Of a DNA stretch of 64,000 nucleotides, positions 26,688-35,621 are shown piece after piece. The translations under genes were made by a program, and so were the position numbers. How positions within the stretch are numbered: the stretch's first letter is position 1; the number at the start of each line of letters is the position of its first letter. A model generated the notes under the pieces. That model saw only the letters and a list, made by a program, of their open reading frames with translations. It made no database searches and was not told the origin of the DNA. The stretch lies in contig CBDCJH010000002.1 of the NCBI GenBank assembly GCA_965217775.1, positions 224,001-288,000 on the forward strand, read 5' to 3'. Source of the DNA: Acidobacteriota bacterium (lineage in GTDB: Bacteria; Acidobacteriota; UBA6911; RPQK01; JAJDTT01).

Positions 26688-27740
26688 TCAGGGCAGGGGA
26701 AGGTGGACACGCCGTCCTTCGGTCCAACTGATGTGGGCTGCGTGGCTCAGTTCCATGTAGCGAACTCCGGTCTCGAAATCGAGGTACCGGACTCGCTCCC
26801 GGCCCCTCACCGCGTTGATGAATTCCTCTTCGGCTCTCCAGCCTCCGACGATCTTCGGATCCAAGGGCATTTCGGCGTAGCTGCCGCTCCGGCTCTCGCT
26901 CCACCAGAGGGTGTCCGAAAGAGCCTCGTACTTGAGTGTGCCCCGGTCGCCGTGAACGAGTAGAGTGGACTCGGGGACGTTGCCGGTGACGGCGCTGCAC
27001 AGAATGTTCCCCACGGCTCCGTTTTCGAACTCGGCCAGGACGGCGATGTGGTCCGGAAGCCGGACCTGCACCGTCTCCCCTGTCTCCGGGTCCTCCTTGG
27101 AGTCGACGACGATGCGGGCCGACGCATCCAACCAGGAGACCGGACCCGCCCAGAGCAGCAGCGTTTCCCACCACTGTCCCAGAGACACATAGTTGTATCC
27201 GGCCAGCTCCAGGCGCTGTCTCCATGTTATGGGGGCGGAGGGGTCGGTCAGGTCGGAGAAGACGTCTCGGACCTCGACGGAGAGCATTCTCCCCAGCCCG
27301 CCGGAGCCGAGGAACTCCCGCACGGGCCGGTGGTAGGGCAGGCCGAGGGGAGTGGGAACCACTTGGGTCACCAGGTTGGGATGCTCACGGGAAGCTTGGA
27401 GCATCGCCCGGGCCTCGCCCAGGTTCATTGCCATGCGGGCCTCGCAGAGGACATGCTTTCCCGCCTCCAATGCGGCACAGGTGACCTCCCGGTGCAGGTA
27501 GGGCCAAGTGCCGATGCAGACGGCATCCACCTCCGGGTCCCGGACGACATCCTGCCACGATCCGGACACTCTGGAGATCCCGAATTCTTGGGCCACCCGC
27601 CCGGAAGATTCCAGGCTCCGATTGGCCACCGTCACGATTTCCACGCCGGGGCAGGCCTGGAACCCGGGGATGTGTTTCCTGCGTGTGTTGGCGCCGGCGC
27701 CGACGAGGCCGACTCGAATGACGGAGTTCTCGTTGCTCAT
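26688..27740 (-). CDS. Gfo/Idh/MocA family oxidoreductase
   Basis: IRVGLVGAG Rossmann motif, DAVCIGTWPYLH, GKHVLCEARMA (EAR variant of EKP). ATG at 27740. Confidence 0.88.
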   Translation of the reverse strand: MSNENSVIRVGLVGAGANTRRKHIPGFQACPGVEIVTVANRSLESSGRVAQEFGISRVSGSWQDVVRDPEVDAVCIGTWPYLHREVTCAALEAGKHVLCEARMAMNLGEARAMLQASREHPNLVTQVVPTPLGLPYHRPVREFLGSGGLGRMLSVEVRDVFSDLTDPSAPITWRQRLELAGYNYVSLGQWWETLLLWAGPVSWLDASARIVVDSKEDPETGETVQVRLPDHIAVLAEFENGAVGNILCSAVTGNVPESTLLVHGDRGTLKYEALSDTLWWSESRSGSYAEMPLDPKIVGGWRAEEEFINAVRGRERVRYLDFETGVRYMELSHAAHISWTEGRRVHLPLP

Positions 27741-27846
27741 GATTTTGATCTCTTCTCCAGGAACAATCCGGTTGATATTCCGACGACGTTTGAGGCCACC
27801 TATTCTCTCAGAGGAGAAGATTCTTATGGAAGTGTGAGGGTCTGTC

Positions 27847-29103
27847 TTGCCGTGGCATTCCGGGGCCGTTACCGTGGGAATCGTCGTGAGCGGATTCGAG
27901 AGTCTGAGACGGAGTGTGAACCGGATGGCCTGGCTCACCGTCCTGCTTTGTCCGCTTGCCGGCTGCTCCGGGGACGGGCAGGAGCTTCCTTCAGGCGCCA
28001 GAGTTCGCGTGCCCTCGGGAATTCCCCAAGGCTGGTCCTCCCCGGTGGCGGCGACCTTCGAGGGTCCGGTTCCTCGGGGACGTGTCTTTACCGTAATGGC
28101 GACAAACCCAAATGGCACCCTGGCTCAGTTGGATCCCGAAACCGGGATTCTGTGGCTGATGGGCGATCCGCCGGCAGCCGGAGTTCACTCGGTGAAGCCG
28201 GGTCCGGGAGAGGTTGAACCGGCCTTCCGGGTGGTCTCAGATGACCAGGGTTACCTGGTCACTGAGGGAGCACGCCCAATTCTTTTCTACCAATCGGCAC
28301 CCCGGTCGCTGGACGGGCAGTACACGCGAGCCGGTTATGTTCATCCCCTGTACGGCCTCGATGGACGGATGCTGACCGACGATTTCCCAGAGGACCATCT
28401 TCATCACCGGGGAATCTTCTGGGCCTGGCACCAACTCTGGGTCGGAGACGAACGGGCCGGCGACCCATGGCTGACGAAGGACTTCCTGACCGAGGTGGAG
28501 AACGTCCGAGTCCTCGACGGACCGCTGTTCTCCGTTCTGGAGGCGTCCGCACGCTGGACCTCTCCGCTGCAGAAGGACGACACCGGGGAATTGGTGCCGC
28601 TGGTCCGGGAGCGGGTCCGGATCCAGGTTTTTCGATCCACTCCAGACTCTCAAGTTATCGACTTCCAGATCCGGCTTCGAGCCCTGGTGGATGGAATCCG
28701 GATCGGCGGTTCGGAAAATCCACGGGGATATTCCGGCTTTACGGTCCGGGTCCAGGCCTCCTCGGACGGCCACATCCATGACCTGTCGGGAATCCAGAAA
28801 GAGGACCGGGTCGGCGAGTCCAGCCCCTGGGCCGACTACAGCGGGTCGTTCGGGCTGGGCGGCATGATTTCGGGCGTCGGCATGCTGACCCATCCCAGCT
28901 ATCCCGAGTTCCCGCCAAGGTGGCTCCTGCGCCACTACGGAATGCAGAACGTCGCCTTTCCCGGCCGTCACCCCGTGGATCTTCCCCGGGGCCAGCCCCT
29001 TGATCTGCGCCACCGCCTCGTCATTCACCGGGGAGGATTCGAAGAGGCTGAGATCGCTCAACACCAGAAGATCTACGAAATGGTCCCGGCCCGGAGCTTC
29101 TGA
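27847..29103 (+). CDS. PmoA-like (PF14100/DUF6807) lipoprotein of unknown function
   Basis: LAGC lipobox, RAGYVHPLY, TDDFPEDHLHHRGIFWAW, YSGFTVR. The start is probably ~27916-27925. Confidence 0.7.
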   Translation: MPWHSGAVTVGIVVSGFESLRRSVNRMAWLTVLLCPLAGCSGDGQELPSGARVRVPSGIPQGWSSPVAATFEGPVPRGRVFTVMATNPNGTLAQLDPETGILWLMGDPPAAGVHSVKPGPGEVEPAFRVVSDDQGYLVTEGARPILFYQSAPRSLDGQYTRAGYVHPLYGLDGRMLTDDFPEDHLHHRGIFWAWHQLWVGDERAGDPWLTKDFLTEVENVRVLDGPLFSVLEASARWTSPLQKDDTGELVPLVRERVRIQVFRSTPDSQVIDFQIRLRALVDGIRIGGSENPRGYSGFTVRVQASSDGHIHDLSGIQKEDRVGESSPWADYSGSFGLGGMISGVGMLTHPSYPEFPPRWLLRHYGMQNVAFPGRHPVDLPRGQPLDLRHRLVIHRGGFEEAEIAQHQKIYEMVPARSF

Positions 29104-29231
29104 AATCCGGAGACGGGGAATGGGCCTGGTGGTAACAGATAAGGGAAGGCAAATCTCAAAGCGGAGAGCACTGAGGTGGACGCACCGGTCCGGCGCCTTG
29201 GTGACACTCGTCGTTGGCTCATAGACAGTCC

Positions 29232-30528
29232 ATGTTGACCAAGCTGACCATACGCAACTTCAAGCGGTTTGAGGAAGTCGAGATCGAACTCGGGAATCCG
29301 GTTGTTTTCATCGGTCCCAACAATTCCGGGAAGACATCGGCCATACAGGCTCTCGCCCTCTGGGATATCGGGCTCAGGCGCTGGATCGAAAAGCGATCCG
29401 GCAAGAGAACCCCCGAGAAGCGTCCTGGTGTAACCGTCAACCGCAGGGACCTGGTTGCGATTCCGGTTCCGGAGGCAAACCTTCTTTGGCGCGGTCTGCG
29501 CGTGCGAGACGTACGCAAGGAGGAGGGCCGACAGCGCACCAGCAACATCCGTATTGATCTGATAGTCGAAGGGGTGGCCAACGACCGGCACTGGGTCTGC
29601 GGACTGGAGTTCGACTATGCGAATGAAGAATCCCTCTATTGTCGGCCCCTTCGTTTGTCCGAAGGCAAGTCCCCCGACCGAATGCCGGTGCCGGACGAAG
29701 CGGGAAGCGCCCGGATCGCGTTTCTGCCACCGATGTCGGGTTTGGCGGCCACGGAAACACGTCTGGATTACGGTGCCGTCAGTGTGCGTATAGGGGAGGG
29801 ACGTACCGCCGAAGTATTGCGCAATCTCTGTTTTCGGATCCACGAAGAACGGCCGTTACGGTGGACCAGGCTGGTAGAGCAGATCGAAAATTTGTTCGGG
29901 TCCGAGTTGCATCCGCCACGCTATATTCCCGAGCGTGGCGAGATCGTGATGACCTATGGAGAACGGGGGGTCAAGCTTGACCTTTCCTCAGCCGGGAGGG
30001 GTCTCCAACAGACGCTTCTTCTCTTGGCGTACATGTACGCGAATCCTGGTGCAGTTCTGCTCCTGGACGAGCCTGATGCACACTTGGAGATCCTGCGCCA
30101 GCGTCAGATCTACCGACTGCTCACCGATGTGGCCAACCAGAGCGGCAGTCAAATTATCGCCGCCAGTCATTCCGAGGTCCTGCTCAACGAGGCGGCGGGT
30201 CGGGACGTGGTCATAGCGTTCGTCGGCCCGCCTCACCGCATTGACGACCACCACAGTCAGGTGTTGAAAGCGCTCAAAGAGATTGGGTTCGAGCAGTACT
30301 ATCAAGCGGAACAGACCGGTTGGGTGCTCTACCTTGAAGGATCGACGGACCTGTCGATGTTGCAAGCATCTGAACCTGCCGAATCTGATGCCCAAGAGGA
30401 ACTTCTACCAGTTGGTGGAACACATCCCCGATTCCGAGATCGACTCGGAGATTGGCGCAAAGCTGGATGCCATGGCGTCCGTGGCAGTCGCGGCGACCGC
30501 GACAGATCCGGAAGTTCCAAGCCGATAA
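29232..30528 (+). pseudogene. OLD-like ABC ATPase/TOPRIM nuclease with probable internal deletion and frameshift
   Basis: IRNFKRF, GPNNSGKT (Walker A), SAGRGLQQ signature, LLDEPDAHL, SHS, then TOPRIM start LYLEGSTD. At ~30365 the frame turns non-homologous while a protein-like C-terminal piece (LNLPNLMPKRNFYQLVEHIPDSEIDSEIGAKLDAM) runs in another frame to the TAA at 30528. Confidence 0.7.
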
Positions 30529-30710
30529 GACGATGCGGCTATAAGCGGGACCGGATCATTCAGGCCAAGGGCGGCTTGACAGGGCTTCTTCCGCAACGGC
30601 GCATGAAGGCTTCCAGCCTTTTCCTGTCCCTCAGCCGGCGCACTCGGCCGCTCTCTCGAAACTCGTCAGACGCCGTACCCAGGCATTGAAGCGGGAACAG
30701 ATGGCCATAC

Positions 30711-30868
30711 CAGCCCGTGGCAAAAGTCGTCACGGCATTCGACCGTCCCTGCATCCCGGCGGACTGCGTTGCTATCGGCTCACATACTCCCGGTATGCAC
30801 CCGAATCGCGCCTTGTCCGGCGGGCGCAGGAACGGTCTCGGTGCTCGCGCGACTTTCACCACGGACTG
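30711..30868 (-). mobile_element. 158-bp MITE, copy 2 (inverted)
   Basis: Near-identical reverse complement of 14104..14261; ATAC direct repeats at 30707-30710 and 30869-30872. Confidence 0.88.
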
Positions 30869-30945
30869 ATACAACGTCATTTTATGTCCATTTGAGTAAG
30901 CACTGAGATCAAGTCAGTGGTCTTCACCATAATTCCTCCATCGAA

Positions 30946-33828
30946 GTGGTGTGCAGAGTTGAGAGGAAGGGCGTTCCCGTGACTGGAAATCTTCAGCAAT
31001 TTGAGCACCTGCGGCAATGGAGTCGAGTGGCGTTCCGTCCGGACATCGCTACGAATGGTCAGCCGCGAGGGGGAGCAGGCCTGCGTGACCGCATTCGGTT
31101 GCACGGCAGCGTCCTCGCCGACATTCAAGGCCGTCCGGCGATCAGTAAGCGGCTCGCAATCGCTGTCCAACAACTCGCCGCCTTGGGTCGAACCACCATC
31201 GTCAAGGGTTGCGGCGACGCGGCGAACCGGGGGTGGCGCCGGACCCCGCTTGGTGGTCAGGGCGGAATGCACTACTACCTCTGGTGGACACCGCAGGGTA
31301 GCCCGCAATCGAAGGGAATCGATGGCTTGGCGAGAGGCGCGATCCTCTTGCGAACGGTACGCCACCATGACCAACACAGGGTCTTGAAAGCGGGCAACCT
31401 TGACGAGTATTTCGAACTGTCGGCGGGTGAACTCGCGGGAGATTCCAACGGGACGTTCGAGAGTCCCTGGACCGAGGCGCAGCGAGAGTTCATGCAGAAC
31501 GAGGAGCCCGTGAGAGTGGTCCACGGCTACCCCGGGTCGGGTAAGACGATGGCCTTGTGGAAGGCCGTCGAATCGCGCGGGGGCAAGACACTCTACCTCA
31601 CCTGGTCGAGTGCATTGATCGATGACACTCGATCTCGTTTTTCGGCGTTCTCGTCGCCCGCATCGCAAGTGGATGCCCGAGAGTTCCGGGTCTTCATCGG
31701 CAGTCTGTGCGGAACCGACATTTCAAGGCTCACCCTGGCCTCGAGCCGCGAGGAATTCAGCAATGCCTTCGCCTGGTGGAAACTGAGGGACCACCTCGGT
31801 CCCTGGCACGATAATCTGAACGCGCTCCACGCCGAGCTGCGAGCGGTCCTGTTCGGACGCGCCGTACCCGGTCTCATGGAATGCGCCGACGACGGCAGGC
31901 GCCTGTCCGACGAGCAGTACCTGGCGAACAGCCAGGTCGGACGCGAGGCCGCCCGGGCACTGCTGGCGATCATCAGCCGATCTCGGTGGCGGGAATGGTA
32001 CGAACCGGTTTTCCCTGAACTGGCCGCCGCCCGAACGGCTTTGGAGCGATTGCGGACGGGCGACCTGCCCGCGAGCTTGCAGACATACGACCGTGTCGTG
32101 GTGGACGAGGTTCAAGACCTTTCCCTGCTCGAGTCGGCGGTGGTCGTGGAGTATTGCCGCGCTCTGGCGTTGAATCGAAATCATGCCCCGTGGCTACTGA
32201 TGGCCTTTGATGACGGTCAGACCGTCAGGCCCTCCGGATTCGACCCGAATCGCCTCAACTCCCTGCTGAACGGCACGCTCACAAAACCCCGGGAGATTCC
32301 TCTCGATCACAACGTTCGGAGTCCGAGTCTGATTTCCGACGTCATCGAACGAGCATCGAATCTCTACAGGCTGATCGACAAGGACTGGCGTCCGAAGAAC
32401 CAGAAAAGCAGACAAGTCGAGGAAGAAATCATCGCCCGGCTCATCTACGTCTCCGTACCGGACCGGGAGAGCGCGGGCTCCTTGGTGGAGAAGCTGGACG
32501 ATGTTGCCGATGTAGCAGTGGTCAGCCCAAAAGAAACGATTCCCGAATGGGTGCCTCACCAGCATCGCGACGTGATACACACACCTGAGTCCGTGAAAGG
32601 GCTCGAGTACGGTTCGGTCTGCGTGCTGGACGTCGGGAAGCTCGTCAAGCAACTCCGCCACGACACGGAAAACCACGGTCCGCTGGAGATCCAGGCAAGG
32701 CGCACGGCCATCGATGGCCTGCGCGTGGCCGTAAGTCGTGCGACGGAGAATCTGGTGTTCGTCGACGTTCAGCCTGACGAAAGCGAGAAACGAATCAGCC
32801 AGGACCTGCTGAAAAGTCCCGAGGAATTCACGACTGAGGATCTGACGGAGTTCTTCCTGGATGTCGATCGACCTCTTGACGAGCGGATTCTGGTCAGAAG
32901 TCGTGACGCATTGGCACTGGTGGACACGGTTCCTGCACGGGCGTGGCAGCGAGCCTGCCAAGCCCTGCGGCTGCTCGGCGAGCCGGAAGTGGGCGCTTTC
33001 GAAGCCGATGAGGCAATTCGCCAAGAAGTTTGCACGAGTGTGCTCCTGGTAGCCGCACGCAGGATGGTCGATGCTGCATTGGGGCATGGGGAACGGAACC
33101 AGATCGTCAACACGGCCAGGAAAGTGGCCTCGGTGTGGGGCAACGACGCACAGAGAAAGGCGTTTGCCAGTTTCAATCACTGGACGCGAGGGAGGGCAAA
33201 GGCGCCGTTCGCTTTGATCCGGGCGACGCTCGCCTTGGAATCACACGATCGCAGGTGGCTGCAGTCGGCTCTGCCGATCCTGCTCCAGTCCCTCTTGAGC
33301 GCGTTGCGCCGCTGCGCTGCCGAGCCGGCGTGGGCAGCTCGCTATTCGGGCGAGGTTGAGGTCTGGCTCGATCTGATCGGCTATACGGGCGACATGGCTG
33401 CCGAGGCGGAGGCATTGCGCAACCAGGCGATCGGTGTATTGGCGACGGCGGGCAAGTGGAGGGAAGCCGGTCGCGTGCTGTCACGGGTGGACTCTCCCGA
33501 TCCGCAGATGGCTGGAACGATCTTGGAGAATGTGGGCCGGAGACTCGAGGCCGCCGAAGAATTCGAGCGGGCGGGGCTCCCTGGAGACGCGTTGCACAAC
33601 TGGCGGGAATCCGGAAAATTCAATCGGGCCGTTCGGCTGGCAGAGGGCGAAGAGAAGGCCGATTTACAGTGGGTCGTAGAGCTGGAGGATCTGGTTGCAC
33701 GGCGCCCCGTGCGCCTGGAAGCTCGACTGAACGACACCGAAAAGAAAAACCTCAACAAGACCTTGCAATCGGCGCGAACTCCATTGCGTCGGCGACCCAG
33801 ATCACGACAGCAGGACCGTCTCTTCTGA
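30946..33828 (+). CDS. SF1 (UvrD/Rep-like) helicase with N-terminal putative RelE-like domain and C-terminal TPR-like helices
   Basis: Q motif WTEAQ, GYPGSGKT, VVVDEVQD, DDGQTV, HNVRS, TPESVKGLEY, VAVSRATENL. The start codon is uncertain (30946-31100). Confidence 0.8.
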   Translation: MVCRVERKGVPVTGNLQQFEHLRQWSRVAFRPDIATNGQPRGGAGLRDRIRLHGSVLADIQGRPAISKRLAIAVQQLAALGRTTIVKGCGDAANRGWRRTPLGGQGGMHYYLWWTPQGSPQSKGIDGLARGAILLRTVRHHDQHRVLKAGNLDEYFELSAGELAGDSNGTFESPWTEAQREFMQNEEPVRVVHGYPGSGKTMALWKAVESRGGKTLYLTWSSALIDDTRSRFSAFSSPASQVDAREFRVFIGSLCGTDISRLTLASSREEFSNAFAWWKLRDHLGPWHDNLNALHAELRAVLFGRAVPGLMECADDGRRLSDEQYLANSQVGREAARALLAIISRSRWREWYEPVFPELAAARTALERLRTGDLPASLQTYDRVVVDEVQDLSLLESAVVVEYCRALALNRNHAPWLLMAFDDGQTVRPSGFDPNRLNSLLNGTLTKPREIPLDHNVRSPSLISDVIERASNLYRLIDKDWRPKNQKSRQVEEEIIARLIYVSVPDRESAGSLVEKLDDVADVAVVSPKETIPEWVPHQHRDVIHTPESVKGLEYGSVCVLDVGKLVKQLRHDTENHGPLEIQARRTAIDGLRVAVSRATENLVFVDVQPDESEKRISQDLLKSPEEFTTEDLTEFFLDVDRPLDERILVRSRDALALVDTVPARAWQRACQALRLLGEPEVGAFEADEAIRQEVCTSVLLVAARRMVDAALGHGERNQIVNTARKVASVWGNDAQRKAFASFNHWTRGRAKAPFALIRATLALESHDRRWLQSALPILLQSLLSALRRCAAEPAWAARYSGEVEVWLDLIGYTGDMAAEAEALRNQAIGVLATAGKWREAGRVLSRVDSPDPQMAGTILENVGRRLEAAEEFERAGLPGDALHNWRESGKFNRAVRLAEGEEKADLQWVVELEDLVARRPVRLEARLNDTEKKNLNKTLQSARTPLRRRPRSRQQDRLF

Positions 33829-33933
33829 CGTACGTCAAGAATCCTATTTCCCCGGACGCCTGTGGAGACGGAACCTGGATTCTCGACCCCAGAAAGTCAT
33901 CGGCTGGCCAGAGTCCGGGACGCGCTCCGCCTG

Positions 33934-35556
33934 TCACTTGGATTCGTCTGCTGCAGCCTCGGCTGCGAGGTGTTTCATGGCGGCGAGCTCGGGCTGCCAG
34001 ATCGCTTCCAGTTCCTTGACCCGGTCCGGTTGAAGCCGTGCCAAGTCTCGTGATTCGGCGCGGTCCGTCGACAGGTCGTACAGCTCCCACGGGTCTCCCT
34101 TCGATGCGACCAGCTTCCAATCGCCGGTACGAACGGCTCGATTCCCCTCATGGAGCCACCAGAGGAATTCGCGATCGATCACCTTGTCCTCGGTGAACGC
34201 GCCCAGGAGACTTTGGCCGGGAGCGTCGGGGACAGGGTAGCCGGACCAACTCGCCGGTTTCTCGATTCCTACAGCTTCCAGGATGGTGGGAACGATATCG
34301 ATCACGTGACCCGGCGTGTGCCGGAGCTCGCCCCGGGCCCAAATCCCCTCAGGCCAGTGCACCACCAGCGGAGTGCTGATGCCGCCTTCGTGGACCCAGG
34401 TCTTGTGGCGCCGAAACGGAGTGTTGGAGGCGCTGGAGAAACCGGGGCCGAGACAGAGGTACGTGGCCGCGCTGCCGGGAGGGGCGTTGGGGTCGTGACC
34501 GCCGTCCCGCACCATGATCTCGGCGCTGGCGCCGTTGTCCGAGGCAAAGAAGATGAGCGTGTTCCGGAAAGCGCCCATGGCCTTGAGTTGCTCGATCACG
34601 CGGCCGATCTCACGATCCATTCGATCCACCATTGCCGCGTGGATCGCCATCTTCGTCGCCTGGAACCGCCGCTGTTCCTCCGTCAGTTCGCTCCATGGCA
34701 GCGGGCGGTTGATCTCGCCGGGCCCCAGCCTCTCGAGGGCTTCGGGAAAGTGATACGGGGGTCCGACCTCCCGCTCCAGCTCCGACAGGGTCGTGTTGAC
34801 CAGCCCCATCTCCTTTTGTCGAGCGAAACGCTGCTGCCGCATGACGTCCCAGCCGTCCAGATACCGGTCCCGGTAGCGTGCGATGTCCTGGGGCAGGGCG
34901 TGGAGGGGAAAGTGCGGCGCGATGAACGCGATGTAGTGAAAGAAGGGCCGATCGGCGTAGGTGTCGGCGTGCTCCCGCAGGCAGTCGAGAGCGTGGTCGA
35001 CGGTGGTGACCGTGGCGTAGTATCCGGACTCGTCGGCGGCCGGCTCGATCGGCGCGTCATCAATGTAGCTCCCCTTGGCGGTGAAGAAGTTGCCCTGGTT
35101 CCTCCTGTCCAGCGAGCGCTGGAAGCCGCCGTCCAACACCTTGCCGTCGATGTGCCACTTGCCGCTGTGGTAGCTGCGATAGCCTGCGGGTTCCAGCAGG
35201 TCCGGCAGCAACCGGGCCCACTCCGGACGAACGGTGACACCGCCCCCGCATTGACCGGGCAGCACGTCGCGCCGCACCTGCTGGGCGTAGTATCCGGTCA
35301 GAAGGGCCGCCCTGGTCGGCCAGCACCGAGTCGTGTTGTAGAACTGGGTGAAGCGCAGCCCGCCCGCAGCCAGCGCGTCCAGGTTGGGCGTCTCGATTTC
35401 GCCTCCGTAGCATCCCAGGTCCGAATACCCCATGTCGTCCGCCAGGATGAAGACGACGTTGGGTGGTTTCGTTCGCGTTTCCTCGGAGCATCCCTGAGCG
35501 GCAGTCAGGCATATCAGAAGGAACGTGGTGACGACGAACTGGTTTCGCATGCCCAT
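33934..35556 (-). CDS. Arylsulfatase (lipoprotein-like)
   Basis: PNVVFILADDMGYSD, CWPTRAALLTG, GKWH, APHFPLHA, SDNG, HKTWVHEGGI. Confidence 0.93.
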   Translation of the reverse strand: MGMRNQFVVTTFLLICLTAAQGCSEETRTKPPNVVFILADDMGYSDLGCYGGEIETPNLDALAAGGLRFTQFYNTTRCWPTRAALLTGYYAQQVRRDVLPGQCGGGVTVRPEWARLLPDLLEPAGYRSYHSGKWHIDGKVLDGGFQRSLDRRNQGNFFTAKGSYIDDAPIEPAADESGYYATVTTVDHALDCLREHADTYADRPFFHYIAFIAPHFPLHALPQDIARYRDRYLDGWDVMRQQRFARQKEMGLVNTTLSELEREVGPPYHFPEALERLGPGEINRPLPWSELTEEQRRFQATKMAIHAAMVDRMDREIGRVIEQLKAMGAFRNTLIFFASDNGASAEIMVRDGGHDPNAPPGSAATYLCLGPGFSSASNTPFRRHKTWVHEGGISTPLVVHWPEGIWARGELRHTPGHVIDIVPTILEAVGIEKPASWSGYPVPDAPGQSLLGAFTEDKVIDREFLWWLHEGNRAVRTGDWKLVASKGDPWELYDLSTDRAESRDLARLQPDRVKELEAIWQPELAAMKHLAAEAAADESK

Positions 35557-35621
35557 GACGCCAGTATAGCCGTTGGGTGAAAGCCTCCAATGGACCGTTC
35601 GGCGTGGTGCTTGCTGCGGCG

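Noticed and set aside
27847-29103. Methane monooxygenase because of the PmoA family label
   Set aside because: This is a soluble lipoprotein without the multi-TM pattern, and there is no pmoB/pmoC; the family name is misleading.
29232-33828. Firm call of canonical Gabija
   Set aside because: The genes are separated by >400 bp including a MITE, the helicase is much larger than GajB with extra domains, and the nuclease gene is broken; kept only as a hypothesis.
29104-33933. Integrative element or prophage boundaries around the putative defence islet
   Set aside because: No tRNA, integrase, att-like direct repeat or phage gene was found by eye.
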